From: Lytechinus pictus
Lineage: Eukaryota
NCBI RefSeq assembly: GCF_037042905.1
Contig: NC_087250.1
Coordinates: 9,302,001 to 9,366,000, forward strand
DNA: 64,000 nt
Direction of reading: 5' to 3'
A program made the position numbers and the translations under genes. Under the pieces are notes generated by a model. It was not told the DNA's origin and did no database searches. It saw only the letters and a program-made list of their open reading frames with translations. Positions within the stretch are counted from its first letter, which is position 1. Each line of letters begins with the position of its first letter. This document shows positions 14,801 to 28,158 of the stretch, piece by piece.

Positions 14801-15201
14801 AATGTGTATTAAGCGCTATATAAATATTGCATATTATTATTAATATCATTAGACGATCAGGGGAGCGATTCATGAAAGGACTTATCGAACAAAACGTCCG
14901 ACAGGTTCAGTTTTACCCGACAGTTACCATAGTAATGTTGGCTCATAGCCAATCAAAATCAAGTAAGGTTGTCAGATCTGACAAAATGTTGATGAAACGC
15001 TCCCCAGAGAGGGAACTACAGCGTAGGGGCTGTCACATGTGTCTCTGTGATGTAATTGCTCCCCAGTTTGAACCACTGCTACTGCTAGGCAAAGTAGATT
15101 TAACTCCCCCCCCCAAAAAAAAAAAATAATAATAATAATAATAAATAAATAAAATAAAATAAAATAAAATAAAAATAAATAAATAAATCAATAAAATAAA
15201 A

Positions 15202-15237
<36 letters not shown>

Positions 15238-18200
15238 AATCATAATGATAAATCAATAAATAATAATAAAAACAATACACACATAAACACCCACCCACCC
15301 ATACCAACACAACAATCACCTCTAACACAATGCACAAAACCATATTTACCACAAACGACACACGCCAGGACGCACATACGCTACACACCAGACTGGTGGT
15401 TGAAGACAATTTGTGTAATGGGGACAAAAATATGTGGTTCTAAGTTTCTTTTTGCCGGCACAAAATGGCACAATATGCTTAATAAATGAGACCGGTATAT
15501 GTGCAGCACATATTGTCGCGAGTCGACAATTTGTGCATGGGTGGCAACTTGCGGTGTCAGTTTTTGGCCAAAAAGTCCAGACTAGAAGAGACATAACCTC
15601 GTTCTTTTATATATACAATATTTTTCTATGGTTTCTTGTCGATTCGAGGGTGCTGATTACGATTCTGAATGATGGCACGCGTGTATAAACCTTGACCATT
15701 TCCCGCAAATTGGCAAAATCCAATATGGCCGCCAAAATATGCAAATTAAACATGGAAATCATAAAATTGCCCTCGCATTAGCCATAAATGCATGTAATCG
15801 TGAGACAGGAGTTAAATACCCTCTGAAAAAAAATGATTTTTGACAAAACGTTTATTTTCTTGATATTCAAAAGTGCTACCAGTGTTAGAATTGCAAAGAG
15901 ATTATTACAACCATATTGAATTAGTTGTGCTCAACCAGTACTCATTGCAATATACCAAATTATGTGTGTTATTCTATCAGTACCGACGGGTGTCAATTGT
16001 AGCACCAAGAACGTCGCCATTTCAAGACGAGATATAAATGATGCATAATTGTATATCCTTCGCAATCTGGCATGGATGGAGTTGATGTCGTCCGCTTCAC
16101 ATACGTTCTAATCTCACTGTTCGTACAAAGTAATGAGTCCGACTTAAAAAAAAATCTTTCTCAAGGCATTATGAAAAACGAAATGATTTTCGATTATACA
16201 ATGACCCTAGATCGTATACATGTACGTTCTCCGTAAGAATTCTTTCGTATTCTTTCGTAAAACTTACCGCCATCCTACGATTGATATTGTCACAAGATTG
16301 CCGTACGTGAAACTCACGATAGTCATGAGCAGGGGCCGCGGAGCGGGGGGGGGGGCTGGGGGGCGTCATCCCCCCCAGTTTTTTCCAAAATCGTGTAGAA
16401 AAACGTAAAGATTACCATATGATTGTGTGATTTTTTGCATGGTCAGCCCCCCCCCCCCCACTTTGAAAACCGTTCCGCGGGCCCTGATGAGAGAATTTAA
16501 CTCAATAGTTGTTAATTGTGTACCCACTACTAACGAGTTTTTGCGAACACCTTACAAGGGATCGTTTGTAAGAGTGCCGAACGATTCTTCGTAAAGCCTA
16601 AGTTTTTTATAACGCCGTAAAAGCCCTCTATACACATCAACCGAAGGCGTTTTTACGATCATTTAAAGAGTTAAAGGCTGTAAGAATTAGTATAGACTCT
16701 CAAACCTACAAAAGCTCGGGTGGTTATTTGGTTATTACTGCTGGCGTACGTTTACCGGAAAAAAATATTGGATAGGGACCATTGATCAAGCTGCGAAGTT
16801 ACGAACAATCTACGAATGGTCTGCGAACGCTGGTTTCGTGTAGCATTCTTGAGAATATCTTCAGAAGTGGTCTAATAATCATTTTTACGGCGTTCGCAGC
16901 GGTTTCTAATGGTATCTGTGACCAAACAATTAAGAAAAGATAAAAGAAACATAATTACCATGCACATGTTCCTACACGCTGTTCCAAATCCGATGACTGA
17001 AGTTAAAAGATAAAGCTGGATAGAACGAAGAAAACATTGATTTATAAAAGAGTCGGAAAAAAATACGACCTTGAAAACTTTTAGGGAACTTTAATGTCGG
17101 TTCCTTTCGCATGTACTTCCAATAAAAACGAGAGGGTCGTTGATAGTAGAAATGTGGACATTGATGATATAGAAACAATGACACATGATGATCGTGATGG
17201 AGATACAGATATCAACAACAGCAATAATAACAGTAATAATACTGGGTAATAATAATGATTAATTTGATAATAAAAATAACAATACTTCTTTCCCCGGGGG
17301 GGGGGGGGGGGGGGCAGTCGAATATATTGCTGTACACACGCGTAACCAAAACAACGCGTTTAAAGGGGATTTTTTTCAGTTTTGGACGCGGTCCGCGCGT
17401 GGACTCGTTAAGGGTATCAAAAACACCGATTTTCAAGGAAAAATTGTGGTTTTGAAAGACTGGTCAATGGTCAATCGCGGGGTCAGACTTATTTAGGGTA
17501 CGTTTTCCCCTAAAACTTTGTTTTAAAGACTTGCCAAACTTGTTTAGGGTATGGTTTTTTTCCCAAGCTTGTTCCCCGAGGTCATATTTTGGCGACAACT
17601 TGTTTAGGGGCCAAAAGGTGTAAATAAAGCCCGCGAAAAACTTGTTCAGGGGGTCACTTTGCACACAGGGAAAAACTCGTTTAGGGGGTGTTTGGAAATT
17701 CATCAGTCACGCGTGTGTACAGCAATATATTTGACTGCCCCCCGGGCTTCTTTCAATACTGCTACCGTTACTAATAAGAATAACGTTGATAATGATAATG
17801 AAGATGATAATGATAATTGATGAAGATGATGATGATGATGCTGATCACGATGAAGGTTATGACGACGATGGTGATGATGATGATGATAATAACAATAATA
17901 ATATTATTATATTTGATACCGATTATTGCGATAAACTATCATTATCAAGGGAGGTGGGGGAATACCCATTTGCTCCAAGTCGTGTATATATATTAGCAAC
18001 ATCTTGTAAAAGGGCTCAAAAAAAATAATTTGACTTGAACTTACACGTGAAATTTCATAAAATGCATTAGACTTCTATTATATTATTAAAATAAGTTTTG
18101 CAGGGAGCAAAATATTGTCGTAGGTACCGTAAGGAATAATAAAATTCGAATACAATAATTGTCGTATAACACCAGATTATGGTTCGGGGTACAATAAAAA

Positions 18201-20743
18201 AAAACAGCTTAGGTTTGAGCATAAAAATATTAAAGGGAATTTAGTATAGCAAATTAACATTGCATCGAGACAACGTCGGAATAAATCAAAAATGTATACG
18301 CTATTGAAATCATATACATGTAGGTATGGAATAAAAACATAAGAATGCATTGTGGAACAATTCATCTAAAATATGTTAAGGAAACAATGAGGGGAGAAGA
18401 AGGTGAAGGAGGAGAAAGAAGAAGAAGAAGAAGAAGGAGGAGGAGAAGAAACAAACGAAGAAGACGAAGAAGAATAAAACGTCAGTCTTCAGTTAAGAAT
18501 AGCCCCTAAAAAATCATCTTTTAGCGGCAAATTAAGGATGTCGATGAGAATATCCCCCCCCCCTTATTGGCGAAAGCAAGATCCGCCCCTGTACCCCCCC
18601 CCCCCCCGTAAGCTAAGGATTGAGGGAGAAATGGGAGGGGGAGGGGGTAGTTGGTATACTAACTTACCCCTCCGAGAGCGAAGGCGCAGATCTGATAGTA
18701 TAATATGGTAGATGGGGGTATCGCACCTGCGATATATCCAACACCTCCACAAACCGCCACCCCTATGGCGTATAGCAATAGCATCACAGAGACACATGTG
18801 ACAGCCCCTACTCTGTAGTTCCCGGCATAGCCCTCCCGCTGGTAAAATTGTCACGAAATGAAGGTGAAAAAAAATTAAAAGTTAAAAAGGCAAAAGATTA
18901 GATTATTTTTTTTTGGGGGGGGGGGAGACTTTGGGGGTAATATTGATATTATGTTTCAGACAGCACATACATGCTTGACTGCCGATTGGATGAATGCGCT
19001 TCACGTGGCATTCGGAGGAATCAGCTATAGCACACACTCAGAAACGTGTACGAGACCCGTGCAATAGTCGAGCAATAGATCCGGTGTAGCTGCAGATTTT
19101 GTTACACCCGCGGATACTTCGGTTTTGTAGAAATCTTAATTGTTCATTTACTTCAAATGAAATTCATACATAGGCCCTACATAATATAGAAAATATCATA
19201 CAAAATAATAGTAATACTACTATTACTATTATAATAATAACAATAATACTAACAAAGCGCCTCGGAATAGACATGTCTAGATAGATGGCGATATGCAAAT
19301 GCCTATCATTATCATTATTATTTTCATTCAAAATAATGTAACAAATTAATTGCCGCTGTGAATACAAAAATCAAATAAAATTGTAGACAAACATAGCAGA
19401 TAAATTGTATCAGGACAGAGACATAATCCAAAATCGTACAAAATATCATTTTTAGTGTAGATTAGTCTAGTCCAGCAACAAATCGTGTGTTGTAGGCCTA
19501 TACAACAAAATCAATATTTTGTCATTCATGCGACCGCTCGAATTTTGATTGCAAGGACAACCAAGGATTATTAATTCCCACTATACTTTTACAGGAAACG
19601 CCTGGTATATTTTGTTTTAAATCCCTAGTTATATAAAATGTAGACCCATTTCTTGATGATGTGTAACCAATCTAGACCAATTATAATGTTCCCGGACCTA
19701 ATCTTAGGGCTAGGCCTGTTCAGCCAATGTTAACCAATTCCAGGGTTGGCTGCGCGCGGTTTCTACCCAACTCCAGTAAATGAGGAGTCCACTGCGCTGC
19801 GCCGCTGCATTTTCACCCAAGATGTAAATTGTAACGCGTATAGGCGAACAGAATCGGATCGTGACTCACTTTGCAAAGTATGCTTATTCACAATTTATTA
19901 ATCCTATATGAATGGCCGTCATGGAATTTTATTTTCTGCATGATAATCTAGACCTAATTCCATACTGACTTTCCAGATTCTAGGTAATTTGAGCGAGAGC
20001 TGGTATTTTTTATAATTGTTATTTATGCTGCGGATAAACGGAACGGATCTGGATCCGGTTAAGTTAGGGGACATGCGCAGTTCAACGTTGAGATAACATA
20101 TCGAGCATGAGCATGCCCAGTTCTCCCCATGAAAGTGTATGAACGGAGCTAAAAGAAAACTATACGGAGCTATTTGGAGTGATGCGTTTTCCTATTGAAA
20201 GTATACTCTGTCACATGATAACGAACTGACCAATCGTTTACCCAGAATATTCATGAATATTCATAAGAGGGATACGGTTAATTTTATTCCGTGTTTTATT
20301 GCTATCACATTTCATACCATGTTTTGGGTAATATTGATATTAGGGCCTACATTTCATTTCATGTTTTGAGTATTATTGATTTGAAATTTCATATCATGAT
20401 TTGTGTATTGTTGATATCAAATTTTTATTACATATTTTGTGTAAAATTGACATATAATACTTTTCCATGTTTTTTGTATCATTGATATGAAATTTTATTT
20501 CATCATTTGTGTATTATTGATATTAAATCTTATTCCATGATTTGTGTTTTATTGATGATACAAATTATCACATGATCTACGCATAATTGATTTTAAGTTC
20601 ATGTTATGATTAGGTCTTGTTGATGCTAAAATTTATTCCATGTTCTATATTTTACTTAGATATTTTATGTTTTGTGTATTATTGATATTAAATATAAAAA
20701 CACTCACCTGAGGATTATCTTCCACTATTGTAACAGGCTGCAT
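9032..20743 (-). CDS. Gene A: spliced four-transmembrane MS4A/CD20-like protein, ~187 aa
   Basis: Exons (minus): 20743-20708 MQPVTIVEDNPQ (context gtcgccATG); 18838-18668 REGYAGNY...YQICAFALGG; 17015-16959 LYLLTSVIGFGTACRNMCM; 12018-11887 IVFFLITCILS...RQCYAVCL; 10648-10523 YFFIPNCVS...GSIYCCKG...SQW; probable last exon 9073-9032 LRLAPNQPLVIDY*. All introns GT-AG and phase 0; exon sizes match genes B and C. The last exon is less certain. Confidence 0.85.
9670..10075. mobile_element. Decayed copy of Kolobok-like MITE family 2
   Basis: Shares gaaaatccat, tgacgtcacaaat, caaacctt and ggtgaact segments with 36741-37243. Confidence 0.55.
11520..11860. repeat. (TAG/CAG)n compound microsatellite in an intron of gene A
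   Basis: Visible tandem triplets. Confidence 0.95.
12103..12414. mobile_element. PIF/Harbinger-like MITE
   Basis: TIR GGCCCGTATTCTGAAGT.., 3-bp TSD AGT. Near-identical copy at 34857-35167. Confidence 0.88.
12950..13337. mobile_element. End fragment of a CAC-terminus (CMC/Chapaev-like) element with repeated TAGACC.TTTTACCATCT motifs
   Basis: Motif at ~13028, 13083, 13143 and 13312. Ends ...CATCTGACGGCCGTG. Perfect hairpin at 12999-13047. Confidence 0.55.
13870..14540. repeat. Degenerate short-period TTGGTCTA / TAGACCAA arrays (decayed foldback-type MITEs, two copies)
   Basis: Runs of ttggtcta-like units followed by inverted tagaccaa-like units. 13930-14040 resembles 14370-14480. Related fragment at ~11270-11405. 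Confidence 0.55.
14575..14842 (+). mobile_element. tRNA-derived SINE, decayed
   Basis: B-box-like ggttcaaaatcc, core tcctttggcaaggc, cacccaggtgtagtaaatgg, tail aagcgctatataaat...tattattatt. Confidence 0.7.
14858..15007. mobile_element. Short MITE, second copy of 7530-7692
   Basis: caggggagcgattcatgaaagga ... gatgaaacgctcccc. Confidence 0.78.
16330..16486. mobile_element. Short GC-rich MITE
   Basis: TIR CAGGGGCCGCGGAGCGG / CCGTTCCGCGGGCCCTG. ATGAG direct repeat on both flanks. Confidence 0.75.
17293..17746. mobile_element. MITE with CCCGGG termini and 8-bp TSD
   Basis: TIR cccggg(g)n-cagtc(g/a)aatatattgctgtacacacgcgt. TSD CTTCTTTC at 17285-17292 and 17747-17754. Internal ttgtttaggg repeats. 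Confidence 0.88.
20290..20695. repeat. AT-rich ~35-40 bp minisatellite
   Basis: About 10 diverged units with core tgtgtattattgatattaaattt..tttcatg. Confidence 0.8.
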
Positions 20744-23367
20744 GGCGACCAATCGTATTCTACCGCTTTAAGATAAAACATAAAGACAATTAAACGTTCA
20801 TGGAGATTAAACAGATAGGCCTAATGATCAATGGTTCAGTTCAAAATTGAAAGGCCGTCCCAAAGGGTCTATCTTGGGGCCCCTCTTTTCCTCAATTATG
20901 GTGAACGTTATTACTCTCTATCTCTCCACTACTCTCATCTCTTCCCGATCTTTGTCATTATCCGTCATTTTATATGTGCCTCTCGTCATCAACTATTCTC
21001 TTAATTTATCGTTTACTTTTTCTCTCGAGCTATTCCTTAATATGTTTTCCATTCGTCCCTTTCCATCCTTGATCTTCTCTCTCTTCCCTTTTAACCTTTC
21101 TTTTCTTCCCCTCTCCCGTGTCCTTCGTCTACTTATCTTTCCCTCTATTCAATCTTTACCTCCTCTCTCTTTCCCTTCCTATCCTTCATTTCCTCCGTTC
21201 CCATTTTCTCTCTCATTTATCCTCCTCCGTTGTTCAATTTCAATCTGTATATGTTTAGGATTTGTGTTTTACATTTTGTATTGTATATATGCTTGCATTT
21301 TGTTTTGTTTTATGTTATACAGGGCCCCAAGTAAAACAGTATTTGACTATTGACGGGGCTGCCCTCTTTAAATAATTCTTTATAAATAAATGAATAAATA
21401 AATAAATGAAATAAATAAATGTATGAATGAATGAATGAATGAATGAGTGAGTGAGTGAGAGAATGAATGAATACATGGATGAATGAAATTAATGAATAAA
21501 TAAATAAATAAGAAATATAATAAATATATAAATGAAATACTACTAATAATCAAAATAATAATAACAATAAAATATATTTTTAAAAAATACAATTTTTTTA
21601 CATAATGTTTCTTATATCTTTTTTAATGATGAAGAGATCAATTTCAGTCATTATTCCAAGTCAATTAGGAACTTAATGAATCGATTAACAAAGGGGCAGA
21701 CACTTTGAACGCGTGCAGTTAGCAAGTTATAATGTCTAACCCCCTAAAATTTTAGACCCGTACCAACTGCCACTGACCCCCTCCCCTTCAAACTAAATGG
21801 AAAAAAAAAACAATACCTCACAGAGAAACTACTTGAATCATCCACCCCAGTCATGAACACAGATAAGGACCCATGATATAAAATGCATAAATTTCATTTT
21901 CAATGGTCCGTGATGGTATGTTTTTATTAATTTATTTTTAGTAGAGCGTGTAAAATATATTAAAATAGAAGAGCGTGTAAAAGATATTGAAACAAAAATG
22001 TTGTGGATTTTTGTGTGTGCTGATGACAATGGTGTTTTGAGAGAATTTCATTTTATCATATCACCCCAAAATGGTATTCTCATTTGAAATATAAAAAACA
22101 AGTTTATCAAGGACTTTGAAATAGAAACAGCGTGATTATATATAAAACCAAAGATTGTTGACTTAGCTCTCGCTGTTATCGCGGAAGTGTGACGTCACAA
22201 TAAGAAATCAAGCAAAACTTATTCGTACGAACCAAACAGGGGAAAATCCCAGCATCATCCATAATTTTGGTCCTCTTCCTTTTCATTGTGATAGAAGTAG
22301 GCATGTAATGGATGGCATTAAAACAGAGGTTGATCCTGAAGATAAGTTAACTTACATAACTGCAGAAAAAAAAAATAATCCATCAAAGAATATGAGCGTT
22401 GTTTATTGGTTGATATTCACAGGTTGTAAGTTGTAACGTCGTATGCGAGCAGCTAGCTCTAAAGTATATTTAATTAAGCTACAAAATTAGCTATTGCGCG
22501 CTTCACCCTAAATCCCCCTTTTGGGTGTAAAAATCAATATTTATCCTCAAGATGTGACATGTTTTAATCAGTATGTACTAAGTTCAGTTCAGTTTTCATT
22601 TTGGATTTCATTTCATTTCCCACAAAAAACAAAGTCGCATTGAAGACCATAAAAATATAAAATCTACATATTCAAACAAGTTTTCTGCTTATTCAGAGTT
22701 GAGTATTTTTATAACAACTCAAAATGACGGGTCCCGACAATCGGCTTTATTGTGCTATTGACGGGCTTGTCACCATTCCGAAGACCATGACATCATTCCG
22801 TGTTAGAAGCGTTATTGTGATCCTATAGGTTTGTACACAGGAAACGAGGTTGATATAATTTTTTGTTTTGCTTTCAAATCTGATTTCCATTGTTTTTTTT
22901 TTTTACAATATAAAATGGCATTGACGATTATTCAGTGCTCAAATAACTGGAAGCGTACAACTCTTCACTAGTTCGTGTATGTGTGTTTGTGTGAGTTTTT
23001 TTGTTTTGCTATGTCAGGAAAATTCGTTACACATAATCTGAATGCAGATGAAATTCGAAGGCTGCGTCAATTAAGCGGGAAATGAAATATGGCAAAAAAA
23101 TGTAGATTTCATCAAATTAAGCCTGCAGGAAAAGATTTTTATGATATATTTATGTGCCTTTTCCACGTGAATCTTTAATCATCATTGTATTGATGATTGC
23201 AATTCGTCTCTAGAATCGTCGGACCTTTCACACGCTCACTCGAAAACTGTGATTTGAATTCGATTTCCCGAGCGAAGGCGGTATGTAGCCTTGGTGACTT
23301 GGTCAATCAAAGCACTGAATCGATACGATGAGTGCACTTCTACGGAAGTGCTAAAAAGGACGCGTAA

Positions 23368-24542
23368 AGCCCCTTTCACAATTGACGTACGACCTGTTTA
23401 CGACCGCCTGCAACAGATTTTTCTTGTTCTTGCACGATCGATCTCTTGGTGTCTTGCGAGCACTCGCAGTGGTTGTAGACGAACGCACGAATTTGAGGTG
23501 GTCGGAGGTGGTCGTGACTGGTCGCATCTGAATCTGAACATGTTCAAAATCCAAACGCGATCAAATACGATTGGTTTACTCGCATCAGGTCGTACCATCG
23601 GTCGGGCGATCATCGTGTGAGTGTTGTTCAACGTTGTACGACTTGGTGCGAGAGGTGACACAACTACGTATAGTCGCATTTAGTCGACTGGAGGTCGTAC
23701 AACACTTGCACATGCGCTAGATACCTACAGAGACCAGTCTTGCGACTGGTTGCGATAATATAAGACTGTTGCAAGACCGATCGAAATTACGGCTTACAAC
23801 ATTCCACTACCGTTGCATTCGCATGTATGCGACCGTACAGCCCCTTTCACAATTGACATCCGACCAGTTTACGACCGCCTGCAACAGTTTTTTTCTGCTG
23901 TTGCACGATCGATCTCTTGGTGACTTGCGAGCACTCGCAGTCGTTGTAGACGGTCGCACGAACTCGAGGTGGTCGTGACTGGTCACATCTGAACTTTGAA
24001 CATGTTCAAAATCCGAACGCGATCAAATACGACCGATTCACTCGCATCAGCTCGTATCCGGGGTCGTACCATCGGTCGGGCGATCATCGTGGGAGTGTTG
24101 TTCAACGTTGCACGACTTGGTGCGAGAGGTGGCACAACTAAGTAGTCGCATTTACTCGACTGGAGGTCGTACAACACTTGCACATGTGCTAGCGACCTAC
24201 ATGTACAGAGACCTGTCTTGCGACTGGGTGCGATAATATGATGTGCCATAAGACTGTTGCAAGACCGATCGCAACGGCTTACAACATTGCACTACCGTTG
24301 TGTGCGACCGTTCCCCTCGCAATCCCTCGTGCAACACTCGCATGTGATCGCACGAGCACAATAGGATCATAATCGACTTACTCGTGCAACGGGTTTTACT
24401 GGTTGTTTTTGTTGTACGACAACTGTTGCAACTGTGAAAGCCTATGTGCGATATTATGAGATGACTGGCGATTGATGCCTGTTGCAGCCTGTCGCACGAC
24501 CAAAAGGTCGCAAGTGGTCGTACGTCAATTGTGAAAGGGGCT
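23368..24542. mobile_element. PIF/Harbinger-like MITE with an internal ~470 bp tandem duplication
   Basis: TIR AGCCCCTTTCACAATTGACGTACGACC / GGTCGTACGTCAATTGTGAAAGGGGCT, TSD TAA. The left end is repeated at 23839. Confidence 0.9.
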
Positions 24543-24894
24543 TAAGCTCCGCTCCCACAAGATTGTTTGGTGGTCAAGCCTTGCAGACGTAAAATTCGTG
24601 CCGTAATTTGAGTGAAACGTAAACTGGGATTCAACTCCGGAGTTGAATTTGAATCCGTGATTGTGATTGGCGCTCGTGGTTCTAGTTTGGTTTCACAGAT
24701 GCTGAAAATTCGTCATTAGCCTTATTTTCACTTGAATCACCACTCAAATAAGGATTTTTTTACCGCGTGAAAGGGTGGTAAGTGACAGAAGTTAAGAAAA
24801 TAAAATGCGTAATCCGAAAAAGCTGAATAAAAAATCACTCAGTCTTTTGTGTATCTATGGATTCGCAACGTTTTAAACAGAGAAGGCATAAAAT

Positions 24895-25182
24895 AATTAG
24901 TAGAGCGTTTGGACTCATATCTATGTCTCTCGCCTTTGAAACAGAGGGTCGTGCATGAGTTCCAATTCGAATCTCATCCATGGCAATACCATTCAGCAAT
25001 AGATTGATCCACATTCTGCTGCACTCAACCTAGGAGCGGTGAATGGGTACTTGGCAGGATTAATTCCCTGAAAACACCAAAGCCCCTTTTAGCAGCCGAG
25101 GCTGTAACCTGGGTAATACATAGTGCACCGTTATAACGCCTAGATAATCAGTGTCTCATAAATGCTGGGTCTTGTTATTATC
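24895..25182 (+). mobile_element. Decayed tRNA-derived SINE
   Basis: gcactcaacctagg..gtgaatgggtacttggcagga core shared with 14575-14842 and 51450-51705. Confidence 0.6.
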
Positions 25183-27063
25183 ATAAATGGAAAATCATAA
25201 TATTCAGTAGAAAAGTAGGTGATATAACCAAATCACTCATCAACCTTATGCACTCAGACAGAGTACATGTTTATCACATCGAATATTGATATATAGGCCC
25301 TATCAATATTTCGCATTGTTTGATTTTACTTGATTATTATTTTATTCGGCCACACAAATGCAATAAAACATGCAGATCGCACGATGTTAATACAAAAACA
25401 CAATTTGAACAATTAGATATAAATAAGTAAAATGGCAGGAAAGGGGAGAGTAAAAATGGTTTCCACAGCCAGGATTCAAAATAGAAAAAATATAGAAAAA
25501 AACTTACAGATTTAACAATGAATTGGACACAGGATAACTGCGATGTGTACTCAAACTAACATTTTCTCGTAGAAATTCTTTTTTTTTTCAGTTCTCATCG
25601 GGGAAAATCAGAACGAAAAGTTAATCATAAACAACATATATCACGGAACAATGACGAATAACATTTCGTTTCAAAGGTGACTACACTTTGATGATATTAT
25701 GTTAATATAAATAGGCGTAAACTGGCACTTCAAACATAGATAGAGCGTCAAAGTCCGATGTGATTGTCAGCTTACTCATAAGCATAACATTTCATGAATA
25801 ATATTTCAAAAGCCCCGTTATTATCACCGAACAATCCCTTTTTTTTGGGGGGGGGGGGCCAATTTAATATTTATTCTCACAGTTCAAATTTATCTATTCT
25901 TGGGGAACTTGTCCTTTAATCAAAAATAGTTTAAGAGAAAGGCAAGTGGAAAACGAATTTTTGATACATACCCCAGGTAAATAAATTGGTATTTGTATGA
26001 TTCATTATCTTTATTCGGCGAATTTTCTAATCCGTGAATTCTTTCAGAAGTTCTTAAAATGTTTGTGCTATTTCCCCCCCTTGATCATTCGTTCTAAGGT
26101 ATCCACTCTTTTCCACTTGCTCTCTCTTATTTCGCTTTCATTTTCTATCCCCCCCCCCCCCCCCCCTCAAGAAGCCGCCCCTGGACTCTACAATCTATTT
26201 TGATAAATATGCGCTGTAATAAATTATTTTAATCAGCCAAAACCAGTGGCAACGGGTTATGGGATCATGGGGAGTTTGCCAGACCCAGGGGGGAGAAGAC
26301 ATAAGAAAGAAGAACTTAGAAAGAATTTGGGTTGCTAAAGTTAACCATGTCCCTATTTTTAAATTTGGTAACCATTTGGTCATCTCCCCCCCCCCCCCCC
26401 CCCATGGAAATACATTGACGTCGCCAAAGGTCAGTAAGTATATAGGAATATGTTTCATTTCATAACAATCTATTCCACAATACAGTTCTCTTAGTGCGCA
26501 TTTGCACATGTTTCTTTCTTGATAAGTCTGAAAAATAAATAATAGCTAGTTTCTAGCAAACACTTCGCAGACGCTTTCTGAAACGTAGAAAAGTTATTGT
26601 CAAAAGGCCTTCATGACGTTGAACCATTTATTACTATTATATGTATATATATATATATAAATATATATTTATATTTTTTTAATTAGAAAAATACATCAAT
26701 TTTGTTTTCTTTTCATAATTATTATCCAAACCATGATGTTCTTAGAAGGAACACATTCGCATAATGGAGTAAAGAATTTAAACAGAAAGTTTTGGGCATC
26801 AGGGTTTTTTCCGCCCATGTTGATAGTGATTTAATGTGCAAATGTGTAAGGAATATAGTGTGATTCTGGTTAATTCTAAATTGGTAGAATGTTAATGGTT
26901 TGAATCATAACAATACGAAACAAAAACTACATGATAAACTATCCTGTCTGAAAGCTTTCAAACATGGTGTCCCCCAAGGATTAACTGCAGGGCCACTGCT
27001 GGTTATTGTGTCTGGTATCAAACGCAAAATTGATAAACACGCTTGTGAAGTAGGCTTGTCTTA

Positions 27064-27483
27064 AGGCCACCGCACACCTTACGACCCGACTGGTCGGCGA
27101 CTGGCTTGCGACTGAGAGAGGGCAGATGAATCGCAAGGCAGTCATAAGCCTCAACACCGCACACCTTGCGATCCGATCTGCGACTCACGCATGCGCTTTT
27201 TGCTTTTTGGCATAGCAACTGAGAAAGTGTGCTTACTATTGCGTATGCGCGTTGTCTATCATATACGCGTCGTGCAACTCTACTGTCTGATTGGCTGGAA
27301 GTTGGATTGAGCTTGCGATCCAGTCATAAGGATTCGACATGTCAAATCCTTCCGATTTTCCTTGCGACTTGTCTCTGACCGGTCTGCGACGCGCAAGCTG
27401 ACAAGAGCCGTGACGTCACATCTCCCCTCACTCAGTCGCAAGCCAGTCGCCGACCAGTCGGGTCGTAAGGTGTGCGGTGGCCT
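27064..27483. mobile_element. PIF/Harbinger-like MITE with ~50 bp perfect TIRs
   Basis: AGGCCACCGCACACCTTACGACCCGACTGGTCGGCGACTGGCTTGCGACTGAG and its reverse complement at the right end. TSD TTA. Confidence 0.92.
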
Positions 27484-28158
27484 TTATACAGCATGGATAT
27501 TTCATGAATTTGATTCAAAGTTTAAAGGTGGCTTAAAACAAGGCAATTTGCTAGTAAAACATTAAACATTAGCAGAGCAATATATACGATTCCTTGACTG
27601 TATTTCCAGAGGGACTACCTGAACCGTAACAGTTATATATACAGTCAATGCTTGACTGGAGAATGTAATGTATCTCTCCTAAGATTGGTTGTATAAGCAG
27701 TCACCATATCAGTAAAACTTGCCTTCGATTTCCTAACAGAGTGTGTTTGATCTGCACGATGCCTCAGTTTCTTCAATGTGTAGGTTCTCTGTTAGATAAT
27801 TTTGAAGTGTAACTCCTAGTGGTTTGATAATTTGGACAACATTGAGTGAAGTTGAGTTAAAAGTCGAAATCAATACGGGGTACATAGTTTCCTAGGAAGG
27901 ACATGGGTATCATACAAATCAGGCTTTGAGAAAGTATAGTGAGAATTATTTATCCGAGGTTGGACTGGCAATTACTATTTTTTCCCGAGGGGCGAAGCCC
28001 CTCGGGAAAAATAGTTACAATGCTTTATTTGTTAATTGTTACTATTTGGTATTTTTTGTATGCATTGTGTGGGTATATTAACCTGACTTTGTCTGTCGAT
28101 TTCAAAAGTTCACTCGCCTTTGACTGATGCCGCTCTAAGTAGTGGACGCAAACACTGA

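Noticed and set aside
20290..20695. CRISPR-like array (also considered for 62960-63860)
   Set aside because: Eukaryotic context, degenerate repeats without unique constant-length spacers, no cas genes.
20847..21353. 168 aa hydrophobic ORF
   Set aside because: Only a short RT-motif relic (GRPKGSILGPLF) followed by low-complexity pyrimidine sequence. A similar relic (HGVPQG) lies near 26963.
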